From IMG/VR virus record IMGVR_UViG_3300002026_001699, positions 8,159 through 72,158 of that record: a DNA stretch of 64,000 nt, one strand, 5' to 3'. Numbering within the stretch: the first letter of the stretch is position 1; each line of letters starts with the position of its first letter. The DNA comes from a virus (lineage: Duplodnaviria; Caudoviricetes). Shown here piece by piece: positions 64,000-64,000 of the stretch. Both the position numbers and the translations under genes were made by a program. The notes below the pieces were generated by a model. That model was not told where the DNA came from. It worked only from the letters and a program-made list of their open reading frames with translations, and did no database searches.

Positions 64000-64000
64000 T

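Noticed and set aside
1-64000. Genome-wide stop-codon reassignment
   Set aside because: Long genes are intact in the standard code, and TAG, TGA and TAA all end bona fide genes
1-64000. Eukaryotic giant virus (MORN, LRR, PolX) or bacterial chromosome
   Set aside because: Shine-Dalgarno sites, DnaE, gp55-like sigma, S21 and dense operons indicate a bacteriophage

Overview
AT-rich segment of a jumbo/huge bacteriophage genome, not a bacterial chromosome or eukaryotic virus. It has T4-like core genes (gp55-like late sigma, gp41-like helicase, gp61-like primase, UvsW, RecA/UvsX) but a family-C DnaE polymerase, plus phage tubulin, class II RNR, Prs, dUTPase, peptide deformylase and ribosomal protein S21. 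Highlights: (1) dnaE is fractured into four genes joined by three split inteins, with free-standing endonucleases in the breaks; dnaB and recA are broken by atypically split inteins (29-aa IntN in dnaB). (2) A cytosine-hypermodification cluster (dCMP hydroxymethylase-like, second TS-like protein, kinase, carbamoyltransferase) contains an unannotated 56-aa hyper-acidic peptide. (3) A + strand operon (44.3-54.6 kb) carries 13 translationally coupled, mosaic MORN/YwqK-type beta-hairpin repeat paralogs between two nucleotidyltransferase genes; this is the best candidate for an undescribed system. (4) Also present: proteins with T4-like capsid-targeting N-termini, a phage CheW, an output-less PAS sensor, a recurring GCATA upstream motif and a candidate structured RNA before def. 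Three frameshifts suggest some assembly indel error. All calls come from motif recognition; no database searches were run.
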